Assembly: GCA_011390245.1 (NCBI GenBank)
Contig: JAABSR010000002.1
Coordinates: 1 to 53,294 of the forward strand
DNA from: Campylobacterales bacterium
GTDB lineage: Bacteria > Campylobacterota > Campylobacteria > Campylobacterales > JAABSR01
Length of the DNA stretch: 53,294 nucleotides
Reading direction: 5' to 3'
Below, piece by piece: positions 41,919 to 52,464 of the stretch (positions within the stretch are counted from its first letter, which is position 1; every line of letters begins with the position of its first letter). The position numbers were made by a program, and so were the translations under genes. The notes beneath the pieces are model-generated. The model had not been told where the DNA came from and searched no databases. It worked only from the letters and a program-made list of their open reading frames with translations.

Positions 41919-43396
41919 TTTTCATCCTTTTTTTCTCTATTTTTTTTCAAGATTTTTGCTATCTCACCCTTTGAGATTTTAAAATTACCATTTTCATATA
42001 TGCTCTCCTCGATTCTATCTACAATTTCCCCAATCTCTCTACTCTCCTCTTTGAGTGGTAGTAGAATTTTCAAAAGTTCTTTGTTACTTTTTGCTCCCTT
42101 TATCCTTTTTTCAATCTCTAGCTCTACCTCTTTGTTGTTGCCAACTCTTATCTTTTGGGCAAAAAATAGACTTAGACCTCCTAATATAAATCCAATCAAA
42201 AATAGAGACACTTTTTTTATCAAGGGATATTGATAGCTCTCTATCTTTTCGTTGCTTCCATCTTCTATGTCAAGTTTTTGTAGCTTTAAGTCCTCTCTAT
42301 CCTCTTTCTCACCTACTATATCTATCTCTATAGCCTCAGTTCTTTTGGTAAATACACTTCCTAGTTCTGGGTTGTAATACTTTATATAAAAGGGTGGAAT
42401 CTTAAAGCTCTTATTTGCAATTATTGCAAAATCTCTCCTATACTCACCTCCATATCTCCCATCTGTAACATTATAGATCTTTTCTGGCTTGTTGGAATAG
42501 ACTGCACTATCTTCCAAGGTAAGTTCATAATCATCAATATCATCCATATTGCCACTACCGCTAATTTTTATAGTCAAATTTATCGGAGTATTGGCGTTGG
42601 TTTTTTGCTTATCAACAATTGCTTCAATTTCAAAGTCCCCAACTAACTTGATATCTTGAGGTGTTGGTTTTGCTGTAATCTCTAGCTTATTTGACACTAT
42701 GTTTTTATATTTTGCTACATTTTGAAGCATCAAACCAAACATATCACTTTTTCTATTTGGCTCTCCCACTCTCATGATAGCAGAGGGAATCTCTATTTTT
42801 CCAGCTTTTTGTGGAAAAAGAACATAATTTATTTTGTGGATTATAAATCTACCATCTCTATAGTTCTCTTCGCCTCCAACTTGTTTCACCCACAAATCTT
42901 TGAAATCTGGTCTGTTGTATTGTAAGTCTATGGTTTTTGCATTGACATCCCTTTTGAAAATAAGAGACAAACTTACCTGCTCACCTATAAAAACTTCACT
43001 TTTATCCATAATCATTTCAAAAGAGTAGAAACCATCATCTACTGTCTGCCCTTTATCTACTTTGACCTCTATAGGATTTGTTGTGTATTCTCCCTTTGAG
43101 GTTACAACTTTAAAGCTAGGTATCACTAAAGAATCTGTAGGCATAAACTGATATCTTTGGGCTATTGTTTGTGTAACTTTACCATTTATCATGCTGACAT
43201 TTGAAGATTTTCCACTACTAGTTATTTTATAGCCCTCTATCTCATCAATCGCTGGAAATATAGCACCACCCTCATCACTCTCAATAGTCAAAATGAGGGC
43301 ATCGCCAAGTGTTATATGATCTCTATCTACAAAAGCTCTAACACCCCCTAAAGAGATAGAGATAAAAATAGATAATAAAATCAAAATCCTAATCAA
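41903..43396 (-). CDS. batD: BatD-family protein
   Basis: Signal peptide, A.VDR..I.LGD, SMING, Y.LFPQKAG.IEIP, VGDF, G.GN and a C-terminal TM. Confidence 0.82.
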   Translation of the reverse strand: MIRILILLSIFISISLGGVRAFVDRDHITLGDALILTIESDEGGAIFPAIDEIEGYKITSSGKSSNVSMINGKVTQTIAQRYQFMPTDSLVIPSFKVVTSKGEYTTNPIEVKVDKGQTVDDGFYSFEMIMDKSEVFIGEQVSLSLIFKRDVNAKTIDLQYNRPDFKDLWVKQVGGEENYRDGRFIIHKINYVLFPQKAGKIEIPSAIMRVGEPNRKSDMFGLMLQNVAKYKNIVSNKLEITAKPTPQDIKLVGDFEIEAIVDKQKTNANTPINLTIKISGSGNMDDIDDYELTLEDSAVYSNKPEKIYNVTDGRYGGEYRRDFAIIANKSFKIPPFYIKYYNPELGSVFTKRTEAIEIDIVGEKEDREDLKLQKLDIEDGSNEKIESYQYPLIKKVSLFLIGFILGGLSLFFAQKIRVGNNKEVELEIEKRIKGAKSNKELLKILLPLKEESREIGEIVDRIEESIYENGNFKISKGEIAKILKKNREKKDENCDIF

Positions 43397-43398
43397 CT

Positions 43399-44499
43399 CT
43401 AGCCTCCTAAATACAGCTCTTTGTACTTTTCACTAGCAAATCTATCGCTCATTGAGGCGATATAATCTGCTATCACTCTATGCTTTTTTTGCCCATCTTC
43501 TATCTTCTCTACAAGCGAAAATGGAAGCAACCTACTATCGCTATCAAAAGCCTCATAAAGAGATTTTATACAAAGCTTTCCAAAAAACATCCTGCTTACA
43601 ACAAACTCATTTTTGTAGAGCTTATCAAAAAGTATCTTTTTAGTTAGCTTGATTTTTCTCTTCATCTCTTCACTAAAGCCAAATTCAAGCTCAGTTGTTG
43701 CATCTATTTTTGAAGATATTGGCTCACTTTTTATATGTTTGCACCCTTTTGAGTTTTCCAAAAAATCATATACTAAAGTGTTTATAAGATGAGCTGAAAA
43801 TCTATACCTAAAAACCTTATTTTTCTCTTCTATTCCCTCTTTTTTCACAAGCTCTATGACATCTCTTACAAGCTCACTCTTTTTTAAATCCTCAAAAGAG
43901 ATAAGATTGCATTTGATTCCATCATCAATATCGTGACTTACATAAGCTATTTCATCTGAATTATCAACCACCATAGCCTCCAAGGAAGGATGTTTATCTA
44001 ACTTAAACATATCTTCTATCTTAGAATCTATAAAACTCTTTTTGTATGGATATGAGTGTTTTAAGATTCCTTCCAAAGTTGCATAAGTAAGATTTAATCC
44101 ATCAAACCCACTATATCTCTTCTCAAGTTTTGTAACAACCCTAAAAGATTGGTAGTTGTGCTCAAAGCCATTGCTAAATCCCTCACTTTTTAGCACTCTA
44201 TCAAGCTCATCTCCGCCAGCATGACCAAAAGGTGTATGGCCTAGATCATGAGAAAGTGCAATAACCTCAGCTAAAGCCTCATTTAGCCCTAGGTTTTTGG
44301 CAATCGATCTTGAGATTTGAGAGACCTCAAGAGAGTGCGTAAGTCTAGTTCTAAAGTAGTCTCCAACTGAGTTTAGGAAAACCTGTGTTTTGTACTCTAG
44401 CCTCCTAAAAGAGCCAGAGTGAATAACTCTATCTCTATCTCTAGCAAAAGGATCTCTAAAATCATCTTTTATATCAAAAAATCTATTATGTGGAAGCAA
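43399..44499 (-). CDS. dgt: dGTP triphosphohydrolase-like HD protein
   Basis: RDRDRVIHS.SFRRLEYKTQV, RTRLTHSLEV, HDLGHTPFGH, DEIAY and DYIASMSD. Confidence 0.95.
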   Translation of the reverse strand: MLPHNRFFDIKDDFRDPFARDRDRVIHSGSFRRLEYKTQVFLNSVGDYFRTRLTHSLEVSQISRSIAKNLGLNEALAEVIALSHDLGHTPFGHAGGDELDRVLKSEGFSNGFEHNYQSFRVVTKLEKRYSGFDGLNLTYATLEGILKHSYPYKKSFIDSKIEDMFKLDKHPSLEAMVVDNSDEIAYVSHDIDDGIKCNLISFEDLKKSELVRDVIELVKKEGIEEKNKVFRYRFSAHLINTLVYDFLENSKGCKHIKSEPISSKIDATTELEFGFSEEMKRKIKLTKKILFDKLYKNEFVVSRMFFGKLCIKSLYEAFDSDSRLLPFSLVEKIEDGQKKHRVIADYIASMSDRFASEKYKELYLGG

Positions 44500-44565
44500 A
44501 TAAAAACCTTTTTATGCACTATATTGTAGAATGCAATATTAACAAATATAGTTTAAAGGTAGAAT

Positions 44566-45168
44566 GTGAAATTAAACTTCAAGCCATGTGGCGATTTGGG
44601 CACAAATTGCTACATATTGAGCACTAAGAGCGGAGATATAATTATCGATCCAGGAATGAATGCTGCATCTTTTGTCTTAGAAAATGCAAAAAATCCAATA
44701 GCAATACTAAATACTCATGGGCATTATGACCATGTTTGGAGCAACAAAGAGCTAAAAGAGAAGCTAAATATTCCTATATACATCCACAAGGAAGATGCAT
44801 TTTTTTTAGAAAGAGACATCTTTGGATTGGGTGTGCCAACTTCAGAGGCAGATTTTTTGTGTGAAGAGGGCATAATGGTTGATATAAAGGGCGTAGAGGT
44901 CAAATTTATGCATTTTCCAGGACATACTCCAGGTTGTTCTATGATAGAGATTGGAGATTTTATCTTTAGTGGAGATTTTATATTTAAGAACTCTATAGGG
45001 AGAAGTGATTTGCCATACTCAAGTGATGAGGTGATGTTAAAGTCTCTGAAAAAATTTCGGGAGCTTGATTTTGATAAAAAGCTATATCCAGGACATGGAG
45101 AGAGCACTACTATCAAAAATGAGCAGAAAAATACAGACTACTTTTCTGCTCAAATCAGAATGATCTAA
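44566..45168 (+). CDS. MBL-fold metallo-hydrolase (glyoxalase II-like)
   Basis: THGHYDH, PGHTPG, SGDFIF and PGHG motifs. Confidence 0.9.
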   Translation: MKLNFKPCGDLGTNCYILSTKSGDIIIDPGMNAASFVLENAKNPIAILNTHGHYDHVWSNKELKEKLNIPIYIHKEDAFFLERDIFGLGVPTSEADFLCEEGIMVDIKGVEVKFMHFPGHTPGCSMIEIGDFIFSGDFIFKNSIGRSDLPYSSDEVMLKSLKKFRELDFDKKLYPGHGESTTIKNEQKNTDYFSAQIRMI

Positions 45169-45187
45169 GCCCCAAAAAGGCTTAGAT
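45163..45187. terminator. Hairpin spanning the convergent stops of the MBL gene and nifU (possible bidirectional terminator)
   Basis: ATCTAAGCC, 7-nt loop, GGCTTAGAT: a 9-bp perfect stem, with no clear U-tract. Confidence 0.45.
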
Positions 45188-46159
45188 TGGCATAACTCTT
45201 ATGCTGGTATCAAGTTTTTGTCTAAGGACTGTCTCTATGGCATAAAGCGTGCCTGTGGAGCTACTAGCGCATCCAGCACATGCACCTGTATATCTGATAT
45301 AGATGTCTATGTTTTTTTCGCTATCTTTGACATCAATAATTTCCATATTTCCACCATCCATCATAAGCATCGGTCTGATGTTTGCATCTATTACTTTATC
45401 AATCGCTTTGATTTTTTGAACCATAGTCATATCTGCAAAGGCCAACTCTCCAGATTCTGAGCTATTGGCATTTGCTTTTAGTTTCTCCTCTTCCATCAAA
45501 GCTCTAGTATCTCTTAAAATATCTACTAGATAGTACTCTCTATCTTCATGACCGCCAGGTTTTATACAGCTTTTGCAAAATGCTCCAGCTTTTGTATAAT
45601 CTGTAATCTCTTCTACTGTTTTTAGATCATTTATCCTTATCACCTCTTGTATGGTTGAGAGCGAAACTCTTGCACATTCACACACTATAATCTCACTCTC
45701 AAAGCTATCCATATCTACACCTTTGTAGATAGAAGCTGCCTTTTTTATAACATCATACGCCATAACTGAGCAGTGCATTTTTTGACCTGGAACAGCTGGT
45801 GTTTCAGGGTCATCACGCAAAGACATCTCTACATCGATGTTTGTAATTTTTACAGCCTCATCTACAGTTTTTCCTAGACATAGTTCACACATCATATCAC
45901 TTGATGCAATAGCAGTCCCGCAACCAAAAGATCTAAACTTTGAATCTATAATCCTTCCAGAATCATCAACTACCCAATAGAGTCTAACCGCATCACCGCA
46001 TGATTCTGCACCATAATCTGCAACTATTAGCTTTCCTCCTTTTGCTTTTGCATCTTCTTCTGTGATTGTCCCTAGATTCCTAGGTTCATTCATCCTATCA
46101 GCTACTTTTTTAGAGTATTGTTCCCACAATGCTCCACCCAAAAGATCATTTTTTGCCAT
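45182..46159 (-). CDS. nifU: Fe-S cluster scaffold NifU (IscU-like, [2Fe-2S], Nfu domains)
   Basis: SCGD, FGCG, KMHC, CECAR...CKSC and DGG...GACAGC motifs. Confidence 0.95.
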   Translation of the reverse strand: MAKNDLLGGALWEQYSKKVADRMNEPRNLGTITEEDAKAKGGKLIVADYGAESCGDAVRLYWVVDDSGRIIDSKFRSFGCGTAIASSDMMCELCLGKTVDEAVKITNIDVEMSLRDDPETPAVPGQKMHCSVMAYDVIKKAASIYKGVDMDSFESEIIVCECARVSLSTIQEVIRINDLKTVEEITDYTKAGAFCKSCIKPGGHEDREYYLVDILRDTRALMEEEKLKANANSSESGELAFADMTMVQKIKAIDKVIDANIRPMLMMDGGNMEIIDVKDSEKNIDIYIRYTGACAGCASSSTGTLYAIETVLRQKLDTSIRVMPI

Positions 46160-46182
46160 AATTATTTCCTTTTTCTATATTT

Positions 46183-47364
<1,182 letters not shown>

Positions 47365-47460
47365 TTATAAAGAAGTGTAATAAAAAATCTATAAAAGCCA
47401 AATAGTATCTAAAACTTAGTAGCAACAACTCTTAAATATTGTTCAATTTTTATGCAATGA

Positions 47461-48771
47461 CTACTCTTTTTTTGCAATTTCACTCAGCATATTTAAAGAG
47501 TCTTCATAAGTTATGTTTTCACCCATATCCTGCCTCAAAAAAGCATCCATCTTCCCCTTTTTTGATATAGCTTCATCTAGCTCTGCATCACTACCTTTTG
47601 TGTACGCACCAATCCGCACTAGAACTTCATTCTCTTTGTGTAGTGAATATAGCCTTCTAAATTTTTGTGCATACTCTCTGTGCTCTTTGCTGACTAAATC
47701 ACCCATCAATCTAGATGCTGAGTTCAGTATATTAACAGGCGGATAGATCCCAAAATCAGTCAACTCTCTGCTTAAAACGATGTGACCATCCAATATACTT
47801 CTGCTCTGATCAGCAATAGGATCACTCATGTCATCGCCCTCTACAAGCACCGTAAAAAAAGCAGTTATTGAGCCTTTGCCCTTCTCTTTTCCAGCTCTCT
47901 CCATAAGTTGAGGGAGAAGTGTCAATACTGAGGGTGGATAGCCTTTTGAGGTTGGTGGCTCACCTAAAGCCAAGCCTATCTCTCTTTGTGCCATGGCAAA
48001 ACGGGTTACAGAATCCATCATAAAAAGCACATCTCGCCCCATATCTTTGAAGTATTCAGCTATGGTCATGGCAGCAAAAGCACCATATTTTCGCATAAGA
48101 GGTGAGTCATCGCTTGTGGCTACTACTAGAACAGTATTTGTCAAATCTCCACCTAAGTTTTTCTCTATAAACTCTGGAACCTCTCTACCCCTCTCTCCAA
48201 TAAGGGCTATAACCTTTATAGGAGCTATGCTTCCTTTGACAATCATACCCATAAGTGTACTTTTACCAACACCGCTTCCTGCAAAGATTCCTAGTTTTTG
48301 CCCCTTGCCACAAGTTAGGAGACCATCTACTGAGCGAACTCCAACACTAAAAATCTCATCAATAATTCCTCTTTTTAAGGCTTGAATAGGGGGTCTAATA
48401 ATTGACATCATACTATCCCCAGATATTGGCTCTCCGCCATCAATAGGAGTTCCCATAGGATCTACAACTCTTCCTAAGAGTTCATTTCCTACAGGGACTG
48501 TAAGACCTGCATTGTTTATAAAAACCTTATCCCCAATCCTAAATCCCTCTACAAAAGAGAATGGCGATATAGAAAAAGAGTTGCTCTCCAAAGATGTTAC
48601 CATCCCAAAAGTCTCTCTCTCTTCACTACTTTTTGAAACTTTTACTATATCCCCAACTGAGGGGGTAATACCTATGCCAATAAGTGAAGTAGCTGAAACC
48701 TTTGAGATCGTGCCAAAAGTGGGGGATAGATGTTTTTGCCCAAGGTGAGTTTTTATCTTTCTAAAAGGCAA
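47461..48771 (-). CDS. fliI: Flagellar export ATPase
   Basis: AGSGVGKS, LIGERGREV, MDSVTRFA, GEPPTSKGYPPS and SILDGH. TTG 48771 is preferred (GGAG SD; MP... N-terminus); ATG 48783 is the alternative. Confidence 0.95.
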   Translation of the reverse strand: MPFRKIKTHLGQKHLSPTFGTISKVSATSLIGIGITPSVGDIVKVSKSSEERETFGMVTSLESNSFSISPFSFVEGFRIGDKVFINNAGLTVPVGNELLGRVVDPMGTPIDGGEPISGDSMMSIIRPPIQALKRGIIDEIFSVGVRSVDGLLTCGKGQKLGIFAGSGVGKSTLMGMIVKGSIAPIKVIALIGERGREVPEFIEKNLGGDLTNTVLVVATSDDSPLMRKYGAFAAMTIAEYFKDMGRDVLFMMDSVTRFAMAQREIGLALGEPPTSKGYPPSVLTLLPQLMERAGKEKGKGSITAFFTVLVEGDDMSDPIADQSRSILDGHIVLSRELTDFGIYPPVNILNSASRLMGDLVSKEHREYAQKFRRLYSLHKENEVLVRIGAYTKGSDAELDEAISKKGKMDAFLRQDMGENITYEDSLNMLSEIAKKE

Positions 48772-48915
48772 ATAGCTCTCCATTTAATAAGTGGTTATCT
48801 TATAATTTTGAGGTAAGGGTAGCACCATTATGCTTAATCTAGAGGTAGCAATAAATTAATATTAAACATATTTTTGGTAGTATCCATTGAGAAATTTATA
48901 ATAGAAGGTATCATA

Positions 48916-50211
48916 GTGGAGATAAAAGTAAACAGATCTAACAGTGCAAACGCAAGTGCTACTGCAATAGTGGGAAAAGATATATTAGAGAAGAAGCTTC
49001 AAAAAGCTGCAAGTGATGCGGCAAAAAATATGAAAGTTGATGGTTTCAGAAAAGGAAAAGTTCCAGTATCAATAGTAAAATCAAGATACGCAGAGCAGCT
49101 TCAGCAAGATAGCGAACAAGCAATCCTTAGAGAGGTAGTAGATCACATAATAAAAGAGCTAGAGATAGAAGCTTCAAAAATAATAGGCGATCCTCAAATT
49201 ACAAGATTTGATAGAAGTGATGATGGTCTTGATTTGGAGATAAAAATTGGAATAGTTCCTCAGATCGATCTCTCAAGGGTTGAAGAGTGTATTCCTGAGT
49301 TCAAAGAGGAAGAGGTTGGCGAAGATGAAGTCTTGAAGAGATTGGAAGATATAGCGCTATCTCAGGCACCTCTAGAGAATATAGAAGATGATAGGGCTTT
49401 AGAAGGCGGTGATTATGCAGTTGTTGACTTTGAAGGTTTTATAGATGGCGAGCCTATGGAAAATGGAAGTGCAGAAGGTTACTCTCTCCATATAGGTAGC
49501 AACTCTTTTATTGAGGGCTTTGAAGAGCAGCTCAAGGGGATGAAAAAGGGCGAAGAAAAAGAGATTGAGGTTACATTTCCAAAAGAGTATGGCAATAGCG
49601 CAATAGCTGGCAAAGAGGCAAAATTCAAAGTCAAGCTAAATGAGATTAAGATTAAAAAACCACTTGAAGTAGATGATGAGCTAGCAAAAAAACTTCTAAA
49701 AGAGGATGATGCAGATTTAGGAAAACTAAAAGAGAAGATAAAAGATCAGATTCTTAGCGAGAAGATGAGTAAACTCTACAATGAAGATCTAAAACCAAAA
49801 GTGCTTGAGAGTTTTGCTGAGACTATCATCTTTGATGTGCCTGATTTTGTTGTAGAGCAAGAGATTGATTTAGCTTTTAGAAACGCACTTCCGACTATGT
49901 CAGAAGAAGAGATAGAGACACTAAGAAAAGATCCAGAAGCTGCAAAAGCAAAAAGAGAAGAGTATAAAGAGAATGCACATAAGAGTGTAAAAGTGACATT
50001 TATAGTTGATGCTTTGGCAAAACAAGAGGGTGTAGAGGTTGATGATAATGAGATAGTTCAGACTATCTACTATGAGGCATTAAATAGTGGACAAAATCCC
50101 AAAGAGACGCTTGAACTATATCAAGAGAGAGGGCTTATGCCAGCTATAAAGATGTCAATGATTGAGGATAAACTACTATCCCTACTTCTTGATAAAAAGC
50201 TAAAAGGCTAA
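48916..50211 (+). CDS. tig: Trigger factor
   Basis: DGFRKGKVP ribosome-binding motif and FKBP domain (DFEG, FIEGFEEQL.G, VTFP..Y). GTG 48916 follows AAGG. Confidence 0.97.
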   Translation: MEIKVNRSNSANASATAIVGKDILEKKLQKAASDAAKNMKVDGFRKGKVPVSIVKSRYAEQLQQDSEQAILREVVDHIIKELEIEASKIIGDPQITRFDRSDDGLDLEIKIGIVPQIDLSRVEECIPEFKEEEVGEDEVLKRLEDIALSQAPLENIEDDRALEGGDYAVVDFEGFIDGEPMENGSAEGYSLHIGSNSFIEGFEEQLKGMKKGEEKEIEVTFPKEYGNSAIAGKEAKFKVKLNEIKIKKPLEVDDELAKKLLKEDDADLGKLKEKIKDQILSEKMSKLYNEDLKPKVLESFAETIIFDVPDFVVEQEIDLAFRNALPTMSEEEIETLRKDPEAAKAKREEYKENAHKSVKVTFIVDALAKQEGVEVDDNEIVQTIYYEALNSGQNPKETLELYQERGLMPAIKMSMIEDKLLSLLLDKKLKG

Positions 50212-50214
50212 TTT

Positions 50215-50805
50215 GTGAGCTATACGATTCCCTATGTTATAGAAAAGACAGGAAGAGGCGAGAGAAGTTATGATATCTACTCTAGGCTTCTAAAGGATAG
50301 AATAGTTATGTTGAGTGGAGAGATAAATGATATGGTTGCTAGCTCTGTTGTAGCTCAACTTCTTTTTCTAGAGGCCGAAGACCCAGATAAAGATATCTAT
50401 ATCTATATAAACTCTCCAGGTGGAGTTGTGACAAGCGGACTCTCAATTTATGACACCCTAAACTACATAAAACCAGATATTTGCACAATCTGTATTGGGC
50501 AGGCTGCATCTATGGGAGCTTTTTTGTTAAGTAGTGGAACAAAGGGGAAAAGATTTGCTCTGCCAAATAGCAGGATAATGATACATCAACCTCTAGGTGG
50601 TGCACAAGGTCAAGCGACAGATATTGAGATTCAGACAAAAGAGATATTGAGAATGAAAAGAGATCTCAATAGAATAATCTCAGAGAATACTGGACAAAAA
50701 ATTGAAAAAATCACAAAAGATACCGATAGAGATTTTTACCTAGGCGCCAAAGAGGCAGTGGATTATGGTATTATTGATAAAGTACTAGATAAAAGTTTTA
50801 AATAA
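50215..50805 (+). CDS. clpP: ATP-dependent Clp protease proteolytic subunit
   Basis: [23 protein letters not shown] (catalytic Ser), MIHQPLGG and DTDRD. Confidence 0.98.
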   Translation: MSYTIPYVIEKTGRGERSYDIYSRLLKDRIVMLSGEINDMVASSVVAQLLFLEAEDPDKDIYIYINSPGGVVTSGLSIYDTLNYIKPDICTICIGQAASMGAFLLSSGTKGKRFALPNSRIMIHQPLGGAQGQATDIEIQTKEILRMKRDLNRIISENTGQKIEKITKDTDRDFYLGAKEAVDYGIIDKVLDKSFK

Positions 50806-50813
50806 GGGTGTGA

Positions 50814-51959
50814 ATGATTCACCTAAGTGATGATAGCGATAGCAATGGAAAAAGATTGACTAGAGGCTCTTTTCTTGATGGAGATGATGAATTTGATGAG
50901 GAATATAATGAGGGTGAATCAGGTCATGAAAATGGTGGTGAGCAGACATTAGAATCCTTCTCAAAAGAGGTGCTCTCAAGACTACATGATGATGGAGTCC
51001 CGCCAATTCCAAATAATTTCCACCTCTATTTTGATCGTTTGCTAGATGAGAAGCCAATTGATTTCAAAAAGCAAATCCAGCAGATTTTAGAGATTGAAGA
51101 GGACGATAGCTCAGATGAGAAGAGAGTGAATCTTGAGAAGAGAGTAAAAGATTCCTTTGCTCAAACAAAGCAGATTTTAGACATCGTAGCACTTCTGTAT
51201 AAAAACCTAAATCTAATGCTGGATATTGCAAAAAAGAGAAAAGAGGATGCTACAAAAGCAGCCAATGTTTCTGCTTTTCAAAATACACTCACAGCTTTTA
51301 AGCAGGAGATAGAGAAGCTTTTAGGGATTTTTACCAACCAAAGAGGTGCTTTGAAAACACTCTATCAAAAGAGTGCAAAAATCGCAGGTGAAGTAGAGAG
51401 TGAAACTATCTATGATAGCACTTATGGAATCTACAATAAACGATATCTGGTTAGAGAGCTCCAAAAAGAGCTTAAGATGATAGAGAAATTTAACCACAAT
51501 ACAACACTAGTGATGACAAAGCTTTCAAGTCCGATTGAGAAAAAGATAAAAAGTGATAAGGGCAGGCTACTTGTCACAAGAACACTCTCAAGATTGCTTC
51601 TAAAAACCTCAAGAAGAAGCGATATTATTGCCCACTATAACAATGGAGTCTTTGCACTACTGCTTAAGCACTCCAATATTTTAAGTGCAAAAAAGGCAAG
51701 TGAGAGGTTATCAGATTTAGTCTCTTCAACAAATTTCTTTTTTGGTGATAGCGAGTTGCAACTAAAGCTCTCCATAGGGATTGCAAAAGTTGATCTTGGT
51801 CGTGAGCTAAAAGATAATATCAAATGTGCAATAGAGGCACTTAATATGTGTGATGAAAATGGTGAGGTTTTTGTAGTCTATCCAGATGATGAGATAGAGG
51901 CTAGCCATGATGATGATTTTGATGCATCCGAAGATGAGGAGTTTGAAGATTTTGCTTGA
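50814..51959 (+). CDS. Degenerate GGDEF-domain protein with acidic termini
   Basis: N-terminal PPIPNNFHLYF helical region, coiled coil, D..YGIYNKR, RRSD-x5-NNGVF and LSIGIA; D/E-rich ends. Confidence 0.82.
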   Translation: MIHLSDDSDSNGKRLTRGSFLDGDDEFDEEYNEGESGHENGGEQTLESFSKEVLSRLHDDGVPPIPNNFHLYFDRLLDEKPIDFKKQIQQILEIEEDDSSDEKRVNLEKRVKDSFAQTKQILDIVALLYKNLNLMLDIAKKRKEDATKAANVSAFQNTLTAFKQEIEKLLGIFTNQRGALKTLYQKSAKIAGEVESETIYDSTYGIYNKRYLVRELQKELKMIEKFNHNTTLVMTKLSSPIEKKIKSDKGRLLVTRTLSRLLLKTSRRSDIIAHYNNGVFALLLKHSNILSAKKASERLSDLVSSTNFFFGDSELQLKLSIGIAKVDLGRELKDNIKCAIEALNMCDENGEVFVVYPDDEIEASHDDDFDASEDEEFEDFA

Positions 51960-52464
51960 AATTTTGACATATCCTGATAAGAGACTAAGAAATAAATCAG
52001 AAAATGTTCGCTCTTTTGATGCGAAGTTGCACGATTTGTTAGATCAGATGTATATGACTATGATTGCAAAAAATGGTGTAGGATTAGCAGCTATTCAAGT
52101 TGGAGTACCACTTAGGGCGTTGATCATAAATCTGCCAGATGAAAATGGAGATCAGAGCATCAAGAATCTAATAGAGGTTATAAATCCTGAGATTATAACC
52201 AAAGAGGGCTCAATAAAATTCAACGAAGGGTGCCTCTCTGTTCCTGAGTATTATGATGATGTTGAGCGATTTAGTGATATTGTTGTAAGGTTCAAAGATA
52301 GATTTGGCTCAGATAAAGAACTAGAAGCAAAAGAGTACCTAGCAGTTGCTTTTCAGCATGAGATGGATCATCTAGAAGGCAATCTTTTTATAGACAGAAT
52401 CTCAATCATGAAGAGAAAAAAATTTGAAAAAGAGCTTAAAAAGAATAGAAAAAAGAAGTTATGA
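51952..52464 (+). CDS. def: Peptide deformylase
   Basis: GVGLAAIQVG, EGCLS and QHEMDHL. The start is ambiguous (TTG 51952 or ATT 51949) downstream of SD GAGGAG at 51936-51941. Confidence 0.97.
   Translation: MLEILTYPDKRLRNKSENVRSFDAKLHDLLDQMYMTMIAKNGVGLAAIQVGVPLRALIINLPDENGDQSIKNLIEVINPEIITKEGSIKFNEGCLSVPEYYDDVERFSDIVVRFKDRFGSDKELEAKEYLAVAFQHEMDHLEGNLFIDRISIMKRKKFEKELKKNRKKKL

Noticed and set aside
43399-44499. dGTPase as an anti-phage defence gene
   Set aside because: It heads a housekeeping-like operon with no defence-island context and resembles the common short Dgt-like family.
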